A stretch of DNA of 64,000 bases, from the NCBI GenBank assembly GCA_964016885.1, contig OZ024753.1, forward strand, positions 25,606,001 to 25,670,000, in the 5' to 3' direction. The stretch is from Eledone cirrhosa. Lineage: Eukaryota. Of this stretch, positions 13,327 through 25,152 are shown piece after piece (the first letter of the stretch is position 1; each line of letters starts with the position of its first letter). The translations under genes and the position numbers were made by a program. The notes beneath the pieces were generated by a model, which saw only the letters and a program-made list of their open reading frames with translations, did no database searches and had not been told where the DNA came from.

Positions 13327-16264
13327 CCCCAATCGGGGCTGTCAGACGAACTTAAGGATAAGTTTTACGAGTCCCTAATGCACACTACTGCTCTAACAGA
13401 CGACAATGACTTCCTAATTATCGCAGGAGATTTTAACGGACACGTAGGTAAATACTGCGACGGCTTCAATAGAGTACATGGAGGCCATGGGGTTGGCACA
13501 AGGAATGAGGAAGGATTCAGACTTCTAGAATTCTGCGATGCCAATGACATGTCGATATGTAACACAAACTTTATAAAACCCGACAGCCACCTGATCACAT
13601 ATAGATCAGGGGAGCACTCTAGTCAGTTAGATTTTATCCTCATCAGAGGACGTGACAGATGGACGGTCGTAAACACAAAAGCCTTCCCTAGTGAGGAATG
13701 TACATCCCAACATAGCTTAGTTGTCAGCGACCTCACGGTCAGAACTAGACGAACCCGGAAACAGAGGCCAACCTGGAGAAGAAAGATCTGGAAGCTGAAA
13801 GTCCCCTCAACCAGTAACAGATTTAAAGATATTTTACTCAACGCCTACGACAGTAAAGAAGAAGAGATAGAGACATTTAATGTAGAAGAGAACTGGGAGT
13901 TCCTAAAAAATAATTTACTAGAGGCGACGGATGAGGTCTGTGGCAGGAGTAAGACCTCAAGCAGGAGGAGAGTGACTTGGTGGTGGAACAATAAGGTAGA
14001 TGAAGCAGTTAAGGCCAAGAGACAGGCATGGAAAGAATGGAAGAACGGGGGGAGCAGGGACCAAGAGGGAAGCTAGGCGACGAGTATACTTAACTAGAAG
14101 GGAAGCAGAGGATAGAAAATTCAAGCATGTTTTGCAACGTGAGGACCAGAAACAGGAGGTATTCAAGATTGCGAGGCAGTGTGTCAGAGATAGTTGTGAT
14201 GTCATTGGAGAGAAGTGTATCCGGAATGATAAAGGTGAGCTTGCCCTCACAAGTGCTGAGAAGAAAGATGCATGGAAGGGACCAGCAGTACAAGTCAGCA
14301 GCAGCGTAGTAAGTAAGGCAATCAAAGATATGAAGATGGGGAAGGCAACCGGTCCATCGGGTATAGTTGCCGAGATGCTGAAGGCATCTGGGTCTGTAGG
14401 TCACACTATAACCACATGTATCGTTAACCAGGTAATACTAGAAGGTGCCATACCAAAAGATTGGTGCAGTAGCATCATTGTCAACTGCTACAAAGGTAAA
14501 GGTGATGCACTAGATAGAGGAAACTATAGAGGTATAAAGTTGATGGACCAGGTCATGAAAGTAACAGAAAGAGTTATAGCACAGTTGATTAGGGACCGGG
14601 TGAAAATAGACGAGATGCAATTTGGGTTTGTACCAGGAAGAGGCACCACTGATGCCCTCTTCCTTGTGAGGCAATTACAGGAAAAGTACCTAACTAAAAG
14701 TAAGCCACTCTACTTGGCATTTGTCGACCTTGAGAAAGCCTTTGACAGAGTTCCACGTGCTGTAATCTGGTGGGCTCTTAGAAAACTAGGAGTAGATGAA
14801 TGGCTTGTGAAAGCGGTACAAGCCATGTATAGGGGAGCAGTCAGCAAAGTTAGGATTAGCAATGAGTATAGCGAGGAATTTAGCGTACAGGTTGGGGTCC
14901 ACCAGGGCTCTGTTCTTAGCCCTGTCCTGTTCATCATAGTCCTGCAGGCAATAACGGAGGAGTTTAAGACCAGATGCCCATGGAAACTCCTGTATGCTGA
15001 TGACCTCGCACTTATAGCTGAATCTATGGTAGAACTAGAGAAGAAATTCCAAACTTGGAAGCAGGGACTAGAAAGAAAGGGTCTCAAAGTCAACATGACA
15101 AAGACTAAGGTCCTTGTAAGTAGACGAGAAAACAGAACCCAGATCCCCTCAGGGAAATGGCCTTGCTCAGTATGTAGGAAAGGTGTAGGTAGGAACTCCA
15201 TTCTCTGCCCCAAATGCAAACAATGGGTACACAAGAGATGTAGCGGGATCTCAGGAAGCTTAATTAAGAATGTAGGATTCACATGCAGCAGCTGTGCTGA
15301 GACAGCAAGCAGCAAACAGCCACAGGAAACAAGTACCACCAATCTCTGGGAGGGCCCTGTAGAAACAGTAGACAGCTTCTGCTACCTAGGTGACCGAATT
15401 AGCAGCGGAGGTGGGTGTTCAGAAAGTACAATAACTAGGGTAAGAACGGGATGGAAGAAGTTTAAGGAACTACTACCACTGCTAGCTGCAAAAGGCTTCT
15501 CCCTCAGAATGAAAGGCAGACTGTATGATGCGTGTATCCGAACAGCAATGTTGCATGGTAGTGAGACCTGGGCGCTGAAGGTGGAAGACTTACGTAGATT
15601 AGAGAGAAACGAAGCCTGCATGCTCCGATGGATGTGTAACAGTAATATACGTGAACGACAAAGCATAAATGAATTGAGAGAGAGACTGAGCATAAGAGGA
15701 ATCAAATGCTGTGTGCAGGAGAGGCGGTTGCGCTGGTACGGACATGTGATGCGTATGAAGGATGACAGCTGCATAAAAAGGTGCAGAGCACTAGAAGTTG
15801 ATGGAAACCGCGGAGTGGGGAGACCCAAGATGACCTGGGATGAGGTGATAAAAGCCGACCTTACCCAATTACACCTCTCAAAGACAATGACACACGACCG
15901 TGACTTCTGGCGTCACGTAGTAATACAGAGTACCCGACCTCCCATGGGTACAAACTGAAGCATATAGACAATATGCCCCCACACCCTCCCACCGCAAGGT
16001 GGTCGTGGAGGTGCCACGGCAAAAAAGCACCCAGCCCACACTGTAAAGTGGACGTGTAGGCGCCACAAAAAAAAGCACCCGGCACTCACTGTAAATGAGG
16101 TTGGTGTTAGGAAGGGCATCCAGCTGTAGAAATCAAGCCAAATCAGTTCCTGTATGAGCAAGGCATGGTCAGCCGACCAGACACTGCCCACAACAGGACA
16201 ACCCATCTAACCCATGCTAGCGTGGAAGAACGGACGTAAAACGGTGATGATGATGATGATGATG
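13327..16264 (+). mobile_element. RTE-clade LINE, 5'-truncated, frameshifted (partial APE + RT)
   Basis: APE motifs GDFNGHVG, QLDFIL, SQH (13378-14076); RT motifs QFGF, FVDLEKAFD, GVHQGSVLSP, YADD (14000-15958); (GAT)n tail. Confidence 0.95.
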
Positions 16265-16586
16265 AGACTGTATATATATAGTTTAAATATATAGACTGTA
16301 TATATAGTTAAGATATATAGACTGTATATATAGTTTATATATATAGACTGTATATATATAGTTTAAATATATAGACTATATATATAGTTTATATATATAG
16401 ACTGAATATATATAGTTTAGATATATAGGCTGTGTATATATAGTTTAGATATATAGGCTGCGTATATAGTTTAAATATATAGGCTGTATATACAGTTTAG
16501 ATATATAGGCTGTATATATAGTTTAGATATATAGGCTGTATATATAGTTTAGATATATAGGCTGTGTATATAGTTTAAATATATAG

Positions 16587-17285
16587 GCTAAAATTGTCAA
16601 GAAAGCTGAGGGCGTCTTGGCATCACTCAGCAAGACTTTTGTCAGCCGCTCTCCAGCCATCTATTTAAAGCTGTATACAGCTATGGTACAATCACACTTG
16701 GAATTCGCATCAGCAGTCTGGAACCCCTATCTTGCTCAGAACATTGACCTCCTGGAAACTGTTCAGAGACGTGCAACCAAGTGCATACCCTCTATCAGAC
16801 ACCTACCATACTCTGAACGCCTTGCTTCCCTGGGCATGGATTCATTGAAGCTCCGACGTCTGGCAATGGACTTGGTAAACACCCACAAAGTTATTAACAA
16901 TCTCGCCAACAACAACCCTGAGCTCCTTTTTGATCTCCATGTGTCTAACACATGTGGACATGCCTACAAAGTCAGAAAACAGCACAGCTCCCATGACTTT
17001 CGGAAACATTTTTTCACGCTCAGAGTTGCTGAAGCATGGAACAAACTGCGTGTGTCAGTTGTTAGCTGTCGAGACACTGTATCCTTTAAAACCTCCATGT
17101 TTCCCGAAATTCGCCAAAACTACACCTAATGTCCCCCTTCCATACACATGCACACGTGTATATCATGACTCATGCACTGTTCATTTTCCTGACATTTGTA
17201 CATTACCCTATGTACTATACATACACTTTTGATGAGTTGTAGTGCACCTGAGCACTGTACACAATACTTTCATTATTATTATTAT
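16587..17285 (+). mobile_element. CR1-group LINE 3' fragment
   Basis: LEFASAVWNPY..LETVQRRATK..YSERL..L.LRR..GH.YK..RKHFFTLRV..WNKL; (ATT)n tail. Confidence 0.88.
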
Positions 17286-17457
17286 AAGTGTGTTATATCT
17301 CTAGTTTAAAAACTTAGATTTCTGGCATATTTCAACACATTGGTGTGTTGAGATTTAGTATAAATAGCTGATCTATAATTGTAATTTATAAATGTAATTC
17401 AAACATATAGCTGTGTTCTTACATTTAGTTTAGATATAGAGATGTGTTACACATTCA

Positions 17458-17628
17458 TTTTGAGTATTTTAATGTGTTTAATATTTAGTTTGTGTATTTT
17501 AATGTGTTTAATTTCTAGTTTGAGTATTTTAATGTGTTTAATTTCTAGTTTGAGTATTTTAATGTGTTTAATTTCTAGTTTGAGTATTTTAATGTGTTTA
17601 ATTTCTAGTTTGAGTATTTTAATGTGTT
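17458..17628. repeat. 30-bp tandem repeat, ~5-6 copies
   Basis: TTTGAGTATTTTAATGTGTTTAATTTCTAG. Confidence 0.9.
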
Positions 17629-17761
17629 GAAGTCAGCGAATTGGGAGCGTGTCGGCAGACATGGCTCATATTTGATCTATTACACTGTGTTCCTTGTTAC
17701 ACACGCACACATACATACAAACAAACACATACATACACACACACACATATATATACATATA

Positions 17762-19145
17762 ATTTACACCCAGGAGGAGGGAGCAGCCATTGGCGTCAGC
17801 ATAGCTGGTGATGTTGCCAACCTATTTATGGTATGGTGGGAAAGGAGACTCAGAGAACTCCTTAGCCTTCATCATGTACTCTCGTTACGTAGATGATATC
17901 AATATAATAATAAGAAGACACCCAGAAGTTAGAAAATAGCATAATGGAGAGCATCCAGCAGATAGCTAACTCCATACACCAGAGTATAACTGTAATCGAC
18001 TACCCTTCCAAATACCCTAACAATAGACTACCAGTATTAGACACAGAACTCTGGATTAACACTATATACGAGAGAGCCCAAATTCTCCACTCACACTATG
18101 CTAAACCCATGGCCTCCAAATACCTGATACACAAAACACAGCAATGTCCAATAGTGCTAAGTTTAATATTCTGATCGCAGACTTGGTACGAGTGATGAAG
18201 AACGTGTCCCGCATGCGCGACCCAACAGAAGTGGAAAAACACATCCAACACTTCATCAACCGCATGCAGTTCTCTGGCTACAACCAAAGAGACAGAATCA
18301 GAGTATACAAAGGAGCCACGGAGAAATATAAGACCCTCATATAAATGGACATGAAAGGGATTTGCCCATTATACAGAAGCAAATCATGGAATAGCTTAGA
18401 TAGGACTAAACATAAGACAGGGAAAGCCACTTCATGGTACGACAACCAGAGATACCAGAGTGTCATGCTTATGGATGCAACCTCTGGAGGGAAATTAGCT
18501 AGCCAATGTAGAAAGGCCCTAAGAAAGACCCATCTAAAGATTAAATAATATCTAAGCATAGAACTGACTCAACAGGTAGGCAAATCAGAGAAGCAACTGA
18601 GATAGAGATAAGAAGACCAAAGTTAAACAGAAAGAACGAATGGAAGAACAACAACAACAACCATACAAAACACACAATACTGACCTAAGATAAATATAAA
18701 TCAATATACACAAGTACAATAACAACAACCACACATAAACACACACTAGTGAGCAACGATAGAATACAAACACACACAGACTCAAACACGAACACACACC
18801 AAACAGAAAACACACACACAAATGCATGCGCAAACAAAGACAAGAATAAATAAATAAATGAAAATAAAAATGGTGTAGACATTACAATACAACGGAAGGA
18901 AACATAATAGAACCACTGATGATGTCACAGGTGTGTGATAAAAGAACTTTGATAGACTATATATATATATATTTATATCTATATTTTTAACCATTGGTCA
19001 ATCAATAATAAACATTGATTGCCAGCTAAATTAACTATAGAGATATAAAAGATACAGAAGCGAAAACCAAACCAAACAATGAGTGTGTTCTGTTATTATT
19101 TCTGGCAATATTATAACAAAATGACCTTCCCCGAATATAACAATA

Positions 19146-19146
<1 letters not shown>
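17762..19146 (+). mobile_element. Degenerate Penelope-like element (RT remnant + AC-rich 3'/pLTR region)
   Basis: QEEGAAIGVSIAGDVANLFM, RYVDD, LPVLDTELW, HYAKPMAS across shifted frames; decayed hammerhead core CTGATGA at 18916. Confidence 0.7.
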
Positions 19147-19215
<69 letters not shown>

Positions 19216-19222
<7 letters not shown>

Positions 19223-19734
19223 ATACTTTGGGAGGGTCATGTTGCCAATAAGAAACACACGCACCAGCTGCTTTCACTTCAATTTATTATATATTTATAA
19301 ATTTATAAATTTACAAATCTACAAACCTATAAATTTCTGGTTGGTTGGTTGGTTCCACAACCAGATAGTTGTTTATATATAGTCATAGTCCTTTCGTCAC
19401 ACACTCTGTTTCAAAATGGCGTAGGACAGAAGAAAGGAAAGGCACAGAAACAAAGAAAGGAATCCCCAGTCACTGAAGAGGTCACAGAGTGTGTGACGAA
19501 AGGACTATGACTATATATAAACAACTATCTGGTTGTGGAACCAACCAACCAACCAGAAATTTATAGGTTTGTAGATTTGTAAATTTATACATTTATAAAT
19601 ATATAATAAATTGAAGTGAAAGCAACTGGTGCATGTGTTTCTTATTGGCAACATGACCCTCCCAAAGTATAACAATATCGGTTTCAACACACGATTTCAG
19701 ATAAAGAATCTTGCTAAACAAATTCAGAAACGAA

Positions 19735-19737
<3 letters not shown>
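19216..19737. mobile_element. Inverted PLE pseudo-LTR pair in (TA)n
   Basis: 19216-19410 is the reverse complement of 19484-19676; right arm runs into a putative ORF start MTLPKYNNIGFNTRF; homologous to 21830-22100. Confidence 0.8.
19468..19512 (+). ncRNA. Minimal type I hammerhead ribozyme (PLE-associated)
   Basis: Stem I AGTCA/TGACT, core CTGAAGA, stem II GTCACA/TGTGAC, GAAA, very short stem III, CUA site. Confidence 0.75.
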
Positions 19738-19767
<30 letters not shown>

Positions 19768-19791
19768 GTATGTATACACACATATATATAT

Positions 19792-20085
19792 ATGATGGCC
19801 GCCCACTCGTTATCGAGTATGGCCATTGTAAGATATACCATTATTAATAATAATTAATTAATTCTATCATGCAATGCCTGTGCGTGAAGATATTTTTTAA
19901 AGTGAGGAAAGACTGGGCATTGAGCCAATCCCACTCTCTGAGCGACAGTAGCTATAACCCGAAAAGAAGAAAAGATCAACATCACTCTTGAGTGTTACTG
20001 AGCCGCAGGTTTTATATCGGATTTATCCCAGTCTCCTGAGTTGCCTTCTCCTAGAAGAATGCCCTGACAAAGGCTAGGGGTCCTA
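19792..20085 (-). mobile_element. Non-autonomous RTE-derived short element (5'UTR-like + 3' hairpin)
   Basis: Minus strand has GGGCATTCTTCTAGGAGAAGGCAACTC..AAAACC resembling RTE 5' UTRs, and ends in hairpin TGGCCATACTCGATAACGAGTGGGCGGCCA; homologous to 3569-3886. Confidence 0.5.
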
Positions 20086-20105
20086 TACATTATATATATA
20101 TATAT

Positions 20106-20143
<38 letters not shown>

Positions 20144-20250
20144 CACGGATATAAAGAGAACATATCCCAAATATATTCATTAGTAAAACACTTTGACCTA
20201 AAAATTGTTTCATAAATGAGTTTTTGATAATGTACTTGCTGATAGCTTTG

Positions 20251-21143
20251 CATGTCTCTGATTAGAAGTATTGTGGTCTTACTTTCCACATCTAGACTAC
20301 TGTCAGGCATCACAGTCTGTAGCTATAGGCTGGAGCAATCATGTCTCTGATTAGAAGTATTGTGGTCTTACTTTCCACATCTTGACTACTGTCAGGCATC
20401 ACAGTCTGTAGCTATAGGCTGGAGAAATCATGTCTCTGATTAGAAGTATTGTGGTCTTACTTTCCACATCTAGACTACTGTCAGGCATCACAGTCTGTAG
20501 CTAGGGGCTGGAGCAATCATGTCTCTGATTAGAAGTATTGTGGTCTTACTTTCCACATCTAGACTACTGTCAGGCATCACAGTCTGTAGCTAGGGGCTGG
20601 AGCAATCATGTCTCTGATTAGAAGTATTGTGGTCTTACTTTCCACATCTAGACTACTGTCAGGCATCACAGTCTGTAGCTAGGGGCTGGAGCAATCATGT
20701 CTCTGATTAGAAGTATTGTGGTCTTACTTTCCACATCTTGACTACTGTCAGGCATCACAGTCTGTAGCTAGGGGCTGGAGAAATCATGTCTCTGATTAGA
20801 AGTATTGTGGTCTTACTTTGCACATCTTGACTACTGTCAGGCATCACAGTCTGTAGCTATAGGCTGGAGAAATCATGTCTCTGATTAGAAGTATTGTGGT
20901 CTTACTTTGCACATCTTGACTACTGTCAGGCATCACAGTCTGTAGCTAGGGGCTGGAGAAATCATGTCTCTGATTAGAAGTATTGTGGTCTTACTTTGCA
21001 CATCTAGACTACTGTCAGGCATCACAGTCTGTAGCTAGGGGCTGGAGAAATCATGTCTCTGATTAGAAGTATTGTGGTCTTACTTTGCACATCTAGACTA
21101 CTGTCAGGCATCACAGTCTGTAGCTAGGGGCTGGAGAAATCAT
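20251..21143. repeat. 89-bp tandem repeat x10
   Basis: CATGTCTCTGATTAGAAG recurs every 89 bp from 20251 to 21052. Confidence 0.95.
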
Positions 21144-21471
21144 TCATAGGATTATTGATTTATTCAGACAAGAATAACTTCTTGCATAAGAGACATGTCC
21201 ATTATTTAGATTCCAGCATATTACTATCTCATAATTCAGTGGAACATCCATACCACCCTCCAGATGTGCTCTGGCTTCTCTCTGAGTCTCCTCCTCTACT
21301 GTGGCCTCCCTCACTCCCTGCTCCCCAGGTATATTGTCTCCTCTACTGTTACTACAACACTAGCACCAGCCCGCCTCGTATATATATATGTGTGTGTGTG
21401 TGTGTGCGTGCGTCTATCGCCCCTCTCTCTACACTCATGCACACATTATGAATATGGAAATCCAGACACTG

Positions 21472-22100
<629 letters not shown>

Positions 22101-22129
22101 TATATATATATATATATATATATGTATAA

Positions 22130-22176
<47 letters not shown>

Positions 22177-22206
22177 TATATATATATATACATACACGCA
22201 TACACG

Positions 22207-22246
<40 letters not shown>

Positions 22247-22330
22247 GTAATAATAATAAATTTGAAGACTAAAATCCAAAGAGGGCTCGATAAGGATAAA
22301 TATATATCAAATATATAAGAACCGTAGAGC

Positions 22331-22930
22331 AAATATTTATTAAAATAACAGATTAAAGTTTAAGCAAAGAATCGCTGCTTTCACCCTTAACGGGATCTTC
22401 TGAAACGAACAAAGTCAATCTGGAAACGCAGAAGTGGATATTTCAAAAAACGTTGCAACCGGAGGAAGACAGGAAGACGGTACTTTGGTTCGTGGAAACT
22501 TTCCCTGGCAAAGAACGGGAAAAACGAATAATACGTCATTAATAGGAGCGGTGAAAAACTATTACGCGCTCAGACAGAACCACGTTTATGCTATAAAAGA
22601 AGTCGTAGACTAATGTTCTCTTAGGTGGTTCATAGAGACGTTCTCTGGCAATGAACGTAAAAAACGAAGATAATACGTCATATGTGGAGCGTGGAGAACA
22701 ATTGCACGCAAAGACACCGCTCCTATTAATGACGTATTATATTCATTTTTTCCCGTTCTTTACCAGGGAACATTTCCACGAACCAAAGTACCGTTTTCCT
22801 GTCTTCCTCCGGTTGCAACGTTTTTTGAAATATCCACTTCTGCGTTTACAGATTGACTTTGTTAGTTTCAGAAGATCCCGTTAAGGGTGAAAGCAGCGAT
22901 TCTTTGCTTAAACTTTAATCTGTTATTTTA

Positions 22931-22938
<8 letters not shown>
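22331..22938. repeat. ~220-bp long inverted repeat with ~165-bp spacer
   Basis: ~22333-22552 is the reverse complement of ~22715-22938, with few mismatches. Confidence 0.9.
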
Positions 22939-22970
<32 letters not shown>

Positions 22971-23726
22971 CAAAGGAATTGTGGTAAGGAACCAGATGGA
23001 CCATAACGCACCAGAGTACTCGATACCTAGGGTAGTAGAGTGGGAGATAGGAAAAAGTATGACCCCGACGGCAGAGCTCAAGCCGTTTCGACGGCTATTT
23101 ATGCGAATCCAGAAATAACTGTAGTAAGACGCCTTACGCCCCCCTGTCGGATAATGGACCAGGCATAGTTGTCTCCCCCTTGGTTGAGAACACTATTTAA
23201 GTAAGCAGCATTATTACTTTCTCAGACAAGCCACGGAGACAGCAAACAGCAGACGGCCTTTGTACCACGAAACAGCAGACAGCTTTTGGACCACGAGATC
23301 ACACAGATGCCAATACACTGAACTCCTATGCCGAAGCCACAAAGATAGTGTTGGCCGAGCACTGGCTCATAACTGATTTCACTTTACTGGTCCCGTCACA
23401 TTGGTGACCCAGACGTGGGCGTTACATTGGTGACCCACGACAATTGTAATACGTTGCCTTCATTTCAACTGATCACGTCTATATTGGTATGTTGTTTCAT
23501 TTGTAATATAACAAACACATAATAGACAAAATAAACATCATCCTTATTTACATTGTTGAATAGAACTCTCGTTGTGGTTATTATCTTGTCTACACACACA
23601 CCCACTCACTTGTTATAATTCTATGGAGTACCTATTCTCTCACTTACGAAAATGGTAAATAGACGAGGGACTTTCCCTCACGTCTATATTGATAAACAAT
23701 CCAACTAGGATACATCATTACCACAC

Positions 23727-23739
23727 TGGTAACCCCGAC
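23727..23739 (+). promoter_or_regulatory. Primer-binding site, tRNA-Trp type
   Basis: TGGTAACCCCGAC vs canonical tRNA-Trp PBS TGGTGACCCCGAC, 1 nt after the 5' LTR. Confidence 0.85.
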
Positions 23740-24393
23740 TAAAGAATTTTACGTAGCCTTTTATTCATTTGAACTTAAATATTTCACTGTTATTACCACG
23801 TTGCCAACCTTTTCGCAACTTACAAAAATACACAAAGAAAAAAAACGACAGAGAAATAATAATGTGTTTATACAGTATTGACAAAGTATACAAAAAACCG
23901 GCCAAAAATCTTTCCAAGATGGCGTTGCTTTTCTCCTCCGTTTTGCAATTTTCCCGCCAGGACAGGGACATTTTGAATTGCGTGTGTGTGTTCCATTATT
24001 TGATCAAGAGAAAAACTGTTTTTGTGAACATTACTGCCCCGCAGGGGATACACATGCCTTACTTTTTTTCTAAGGGATTTTTAGCCACAGGCTACTATTG
24101 TTGATATCCAACGTGGATATATTCTAAAACAAACATTTTTTTTTTCTCTTTTTCTCGGGTTATACGATTTGGCTTGCCCGTTGAAGCAGCACAAGGGGAC
24201 AGACGTTGAAGGAAAACATTTAAAAAAAAAATATATATATATGTACTTTATGTATTTTTGCTATTTCCTAATGTTTTGAATGTCTGTTTCTTTTTGACCT
24301 TTTGATTTTTTTTTTTCCATTTTGGGTGTTTACTTTTCCCTGTACGAGGGAACATTAATTGCTGTTTCTATTTTTTTTTTTAGTCGTTTCACA

Positions 24394-25152
24394 ATGAATA
24401 CGGCACATTTTTCCGCCTTTACCGGAAACCCTAAGCTGTGGTTCGCCCAGCTACAGGCGTATTTTACGGTCTGTAAGACCGAGTCTGACCAGCGCCTCGC
24501 TGTCTTGATTAGCGGACTTCCCCCTAATTTAGCAGATTCGGTCCAAGACCTAATTACAGACCCCCCTCCGACTTAACGTATGATTCTTTAAAAGGCGAGA
24601 TCTTGAGAAGGAACTGTAAATCGGTAGAGAGTCGTTTTCGGTCATTGATCGAGGACGAACGACTAGGCGACAGAACCCCTACCGCTTTTCTCCGGCATTT
24701 GCGGGAATTGTGTGATTCCCAAGATCAGGATAGCCCTTTCCTGAAGCAATTGTTCTTCTCTCGCCTACCTCAAGAGGTACAGGCGATCCTAGCCCATATG
24801 CTAGAGTTAAACACACTCGACCACATTGCTGTCTTTGCCGACAAAATAGTAGAAGTGACGAAGAGAGACACTTCGAAGCAAAAGTACGTTGCTTCCTCTT
24901 CTCTTCCTCAATCACGCTCATCAGCGAGTGATGAGAAGTTAGTCAAAACTATGGAAGCCATGACTCGTCAAATGGCGGAGTTGTGCCAGGAACTCAGGTC
25001 TTTTGGACGGCAGAGGAGCCGCTCATGATCTTATTTAACTCCTCGCCGCCGTAGTCGTTCCAAATCTTCAAATCCATCATATTGTTATTACCATGACAAA
25101 TATGGTGACGAATCCGCCCGTTGTAGGCCTCCTTGTGCTTACAAGGGGAAAC
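24394..25152 (+). pseudogene. gag: Gypsy gag (disrupted) with CHCC knuckle and -1 slippery site
   Basis: PKLWFAQL, LGDRTPTAFLRHLR, FFSRLP; [18 protein letters not shown] (C-X2-H-X9-C-X3-C); GGGAAAC at 25146-25152. Confidence 0.85.

Noticed and set aside
20251-21143. 89-bp array as a CRISPR array or tandem exon (minus-strand CTCCAG..GTAAGA splice-like signals)
   Set aside because: No variable spacers, eukaryotic context, and the putative 47-nt exon has stops in all three frames
23060-23071. TGACCCCGACG in the palindrome matching the tRNA-Trp PBS next to a Trp-primed Gypsy
   Set aside because: Only 11 nt, lacks the TGG of the CCA complement, and occurs in copies with no Gypsy; probably chance
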